A stretch of DNA of 48,388 nt, from NCBI GenBank assembly GCA_035545385.1, contig DASZYL010000147.1, forward strand, positions 1-48,388, read 5' to 3'. The notes beneath the pieces are model-generated. The model worked only from the letters and a program-made list of their open reading frames with translations. It was not told the DNA's origin and made no database searches. This DNA is from Sphingomicrobium sp. GTDB taxonomy: Bacteria > Pseudomonadota > Alphaproteobacteria > Sphingomonadales > Sphingomonadaceae. The position numbers and the translations under genes are program-made. Below are positions 46,214-48,388 of this stretch, piece by piece (position 1 is the first letter of the stretch; each line of letters begins with the position of its first letter).

Positions 46214-46372
46214 GCTTTTTGATCCTTAGCGAAAAACGCTGCCCAGGCGAGACTGGCTCCCCCGAGGTTTCCGTTTCCTTCGGGGACCGCTATCCGGGCA
46301 GCGCGTAACCGGTCCGGCTTCGGGCCGCGGATCGAAGCCAATGCCCGAGGAGAATGACCCATCGCCAACTTC

Positions 46373-47650
46373 ATGTTCGCGACCGGGATCGAGAACAGCA
46401 TCCCGACCATCAATCATGGCAAGACTCGCGTCGACGAGATGGCGACCTGCGGCCATTACGAGCGCTGGCGCGAGGATTTTGACTGCGTCCAGGAGATCGG
46501 GATCAATTTCCTCCGTTACGGTCCGCCGATCCACAAGACCTATCTCGGGCCGGCCAAGTTCGACTGGGAATTTGCCGATCTCACCTTCGCGGACCTCAAG
46601 CGGCGCGAGATCACGCCGATCGTCGATCTGTGTCATTTCGGAGTCCCCGACTGGATCGAGAATTTCCAGAATCCCGATTTCCCGAGGCTGTTCGCCGCTT
46701 ATTGCGGCGAGTTCGCCGAGCGCTTTCCCTGGGTTCAGCTCTACACCCCGATCAACGAGATGTTCATCTGCTCGGTCTTCTCGGCCAAATATGGCTGGTG
46801 GAACGAGCAGAAGAAGGACGACCGTTCGTTCATCACTGCACTGAAGCACATCGTGAAGGCGAACGTCATGGGGATGATCGAGATCCTCAAGCGACGCCAC
46901 GACGCGATCTTCATCCAGTCGGAATCATCGGAATATTATCACGCGGATTCCCCCGGAGCGATCGGTCGAGCCGAAGTGCTCAACCAGATGCGATTCCTCT
47001 CGCTCGATCTCAATTACGGTCGCCGGGTCGACAGCGGGATGTACCAGTTCCTCCTCGATAACGGCATGACCCGCGAGGAATATGAGTGGTTCCTCGAGCA
47101 CCGGCTGAAGCAGCACTGCATCTTCGGGAACGACTATTACCAGCTCAACGAGCACCGCGTGTTTGCCGATGGGCATACGGTCGCGGCGGGCGAGACCTTC
47201 GGCTACGCCGAGATCACCCGGCAATATTACAACCGCTACCGCCTCCCGGTCATGCACACCGAGACCAATCTCTGGGAAGGCCCGCACGGCGACGAAGCGG
47301 TCAAGTGGCTGTGGAAGGAGTGGGCCAACGTCCTGAGGCTGAGGAACGTCGGAATCCCGACGGTCGGCTTCACCTGGTACAGTCTCACCGACCAGGTCGA
47401 CTGGGACACGGCCCTTCGCGAGCAGAACGGCAACGTCAACCCGCTCGGGCTGTTCGACCTTGACCGAAGGATCCGAAACGTCGGGCGCGCCTACAAGCAG
47501 CTGATCGCCGACTGGAGGAACGTGCTCCCGGCCTCGAGCGTCTGCCTCGTCGTGCCGATCAAGAAGATCAGCGAACATCCCGACGAGGACGATGCCGCCG
47601 GCAGGAGGATCGGCGGGAGCGGGACGCAGGCCAAGAAGGCCGAGTCATGA
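46373..47650 (+). CDS. GH1-like glycoside hydrolase (possible true start ATC 46361)
   Basis: FATGIE, DLCHFGVPDW, YTPINE (acid/base), HTETN (nucleophile), GFTWYSLTDQVDW, GLFDL. Confidence 0.85.
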   Translation: MFATGIENSIPTINHGKTRVDEMATCGHYERWREDFDCVQEIGINFLRYGPPIHKTYLGPAKFDWEFADLTFADLKRREITPIVDLCHFGVPDWIENFQNPDFPRLFAAYCGEFAERFPWVQLYTPINEMFICSVFSAKYGWWNEQKKDDRSFITALKHIVKANVMGMIEILKRRHDAIFIQSESSEYYHADSPGAIGRAEVLNQMRFLSLDLNYGRRVDSGMYQFLLDNGMTREEYEWFLEHRLKQHCIFGNDYYQLNEHRVFADGHTVAAGETFGYAEITRQYYNRYRLPVMHTETNLWEGPHGDEAVKWLWKEWANVLRLRNVGIPTVGFTWYSLTDQVDWDTALREQNGNVNPLGLFDLDRRIRNVGRAYKQLIADWRNVLPASSVCLVVPIKKISEHPDEDDAAGRRIGGSGTQAKKAES

Positions 47651-48388
47651 GCGAGCGCAAGATCGCGAGGATCGAGACCTTCCTCGTCCCGCCACGCTGG
47701 CTGTTCGTCCGCGTCGAGGCGGAAGACGGAGCGTTCGGCTGGGGCGAAGCAAGCCTCGAGGGCTGGGCCGAGGCGGTCGACGGAGTGTTCGAGGCCTATC
47801 GCGACCGGTTCATCGGCGCCGACCCCTTCGACATCGAGGATATCTGGCAGGTCGGCTATCGCGGCGGCTTCTACCGCGGCGGCGCCGTCATCATGTCTGC
47901 CCTCTCAGGGCTCGAGCAGGCGCTATGGGACCTGAAGGGCCGAGTCCTCGGCCTCCCCGCTTGGCAGATGCTGGGCGGAAAGGTCCGCGACCGGGTCCGC
48001 TCCTATGCCTGGATCGGCGGCGACCGGCCGCACGAGATTTCAAGCGCCGCCGAGGGTCGAAAGAAACAGGGCTTCAGCGCCGTCAAGATGAATGCCACGG
48101 CGGAGCTGGACTGGATCGGAACCTCGAGGCGCTTCGACGAGGTCCTCGAGCGCGTGGCCGCTGCCCAGGCGCAAGGGATGGAGGTCGGGCTCGACTTCCA
48201 CGGGCGGGTTCATCGCCCGCTCGCAAAACAGCTAGCGAAGGCGCTCGAACCGATGGGCCTGCTGTTCATCGAGGAACCGCTGCTTTCCGAGAATCTCGAA
48301 GGCCTCAAGGAAATCTCGAACCTCGTCGCGACCCCGATTGCCCTTGGTGAACGGCTGTACACCCGCTGGGAGTTCAAACCGGTGCTGG
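47647..48388 (+). CDS. dgoD: galactonate dehydratase (3'-truncated by window edge)
   Basis: Absent from the ORF track; manual translation gives MSERKIARIETFLVPPRWLFVRVE..GWGE..GFYRGG..ALWDLKG..LGGKVRDR..KMN..DFHGRVH..FIEEP. ATGA overlap with the GH1 stop. Confidence 0.93.
   Translation, partial: MSERKIARIETFLVPPRWLFVRVEAEDGAFGWGEASLEGWAEAVDGVFEAYRDRFIGADPFDIEDIWQVGYRGGFYRGGAVIMSALSGLEQALWDLKGRVLGLPAWQMLGGKVRDRVRSYAWIGGDRPHEISSAAEGRKKQGFSAVKMNATAELDWIGTSRRFDEVLERVAAAQAQGMEVGLDFHGRVHRPLAKQLAKALEPMGLLFIEEPLLSENLEGLKEISNLVATPIALGERLYTRWEFKPVL

Noticed and set aside
47592-48350. 252-aa ORF from the track
   Set aside because: Wrong frame; dgoD from 47647 is the real gene.
1-48388. Mobile elements, prophage, defence systems, tRNA/rRNA
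   Set aside because: No transposase, integrase, phage, nuclease or structural RNA signature seen; composition looks uniform by eye.

Overview
GC-rich, densely coding alphaproteobacterial chromosome segment. Gene content and protein style suggest Sphingomonadaceae, which is an inference. It holds about 49 CDSs. I found no rRNA, tRNA, CRISPR array, transposase, integrase or phage gene. In order: a 5'-truncated PAS hybrid kinase; a secreted EF-hand mini-protein; epoxide hydrolase; dps; a pit/DUF47 pair co-oriented behind an N-terminally truncated kdpD-kdpE, with kup divergent and no kdpFABC in the window; a TetR-controlled OMF-EmrA-EmrB efflux operon ending in a 73-aa ORF and an anti-Shine-Dalgarno hairpin (sRNA candidate); a signalling cluster (NarX/NarL-type pair, PAS-GGDEF-EAL, LytS/LytTR, single-domain receiver); tandem PEP-mutase-family paralogs; an ABC-2 exporter; queG; a PfkB kinase; an APC permease; HIT; a TolB-like propeller; sspB; fumC; a PagL-like protein; DUF2585; corA; acnA operon; ygfZ; pyrC; a Crp regulator; and a De Ley-Doudoroff galactose cluster (gal dehydrogenase, dgoA, dgoK; divergent GH1-like hydrolase and dgoD, 3'-truncated). 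Nothing here is an obviously new system. The best leads are the kdpDE-kup-DUF47-pit K+/phosphate module, the small ORF plus anti-SD RNA behind the efflux pump, the GH1-dgoD coupling, and several regulatory motifs and non-canonical starts. All calls come from motif recognition by eye; no database searches were run.
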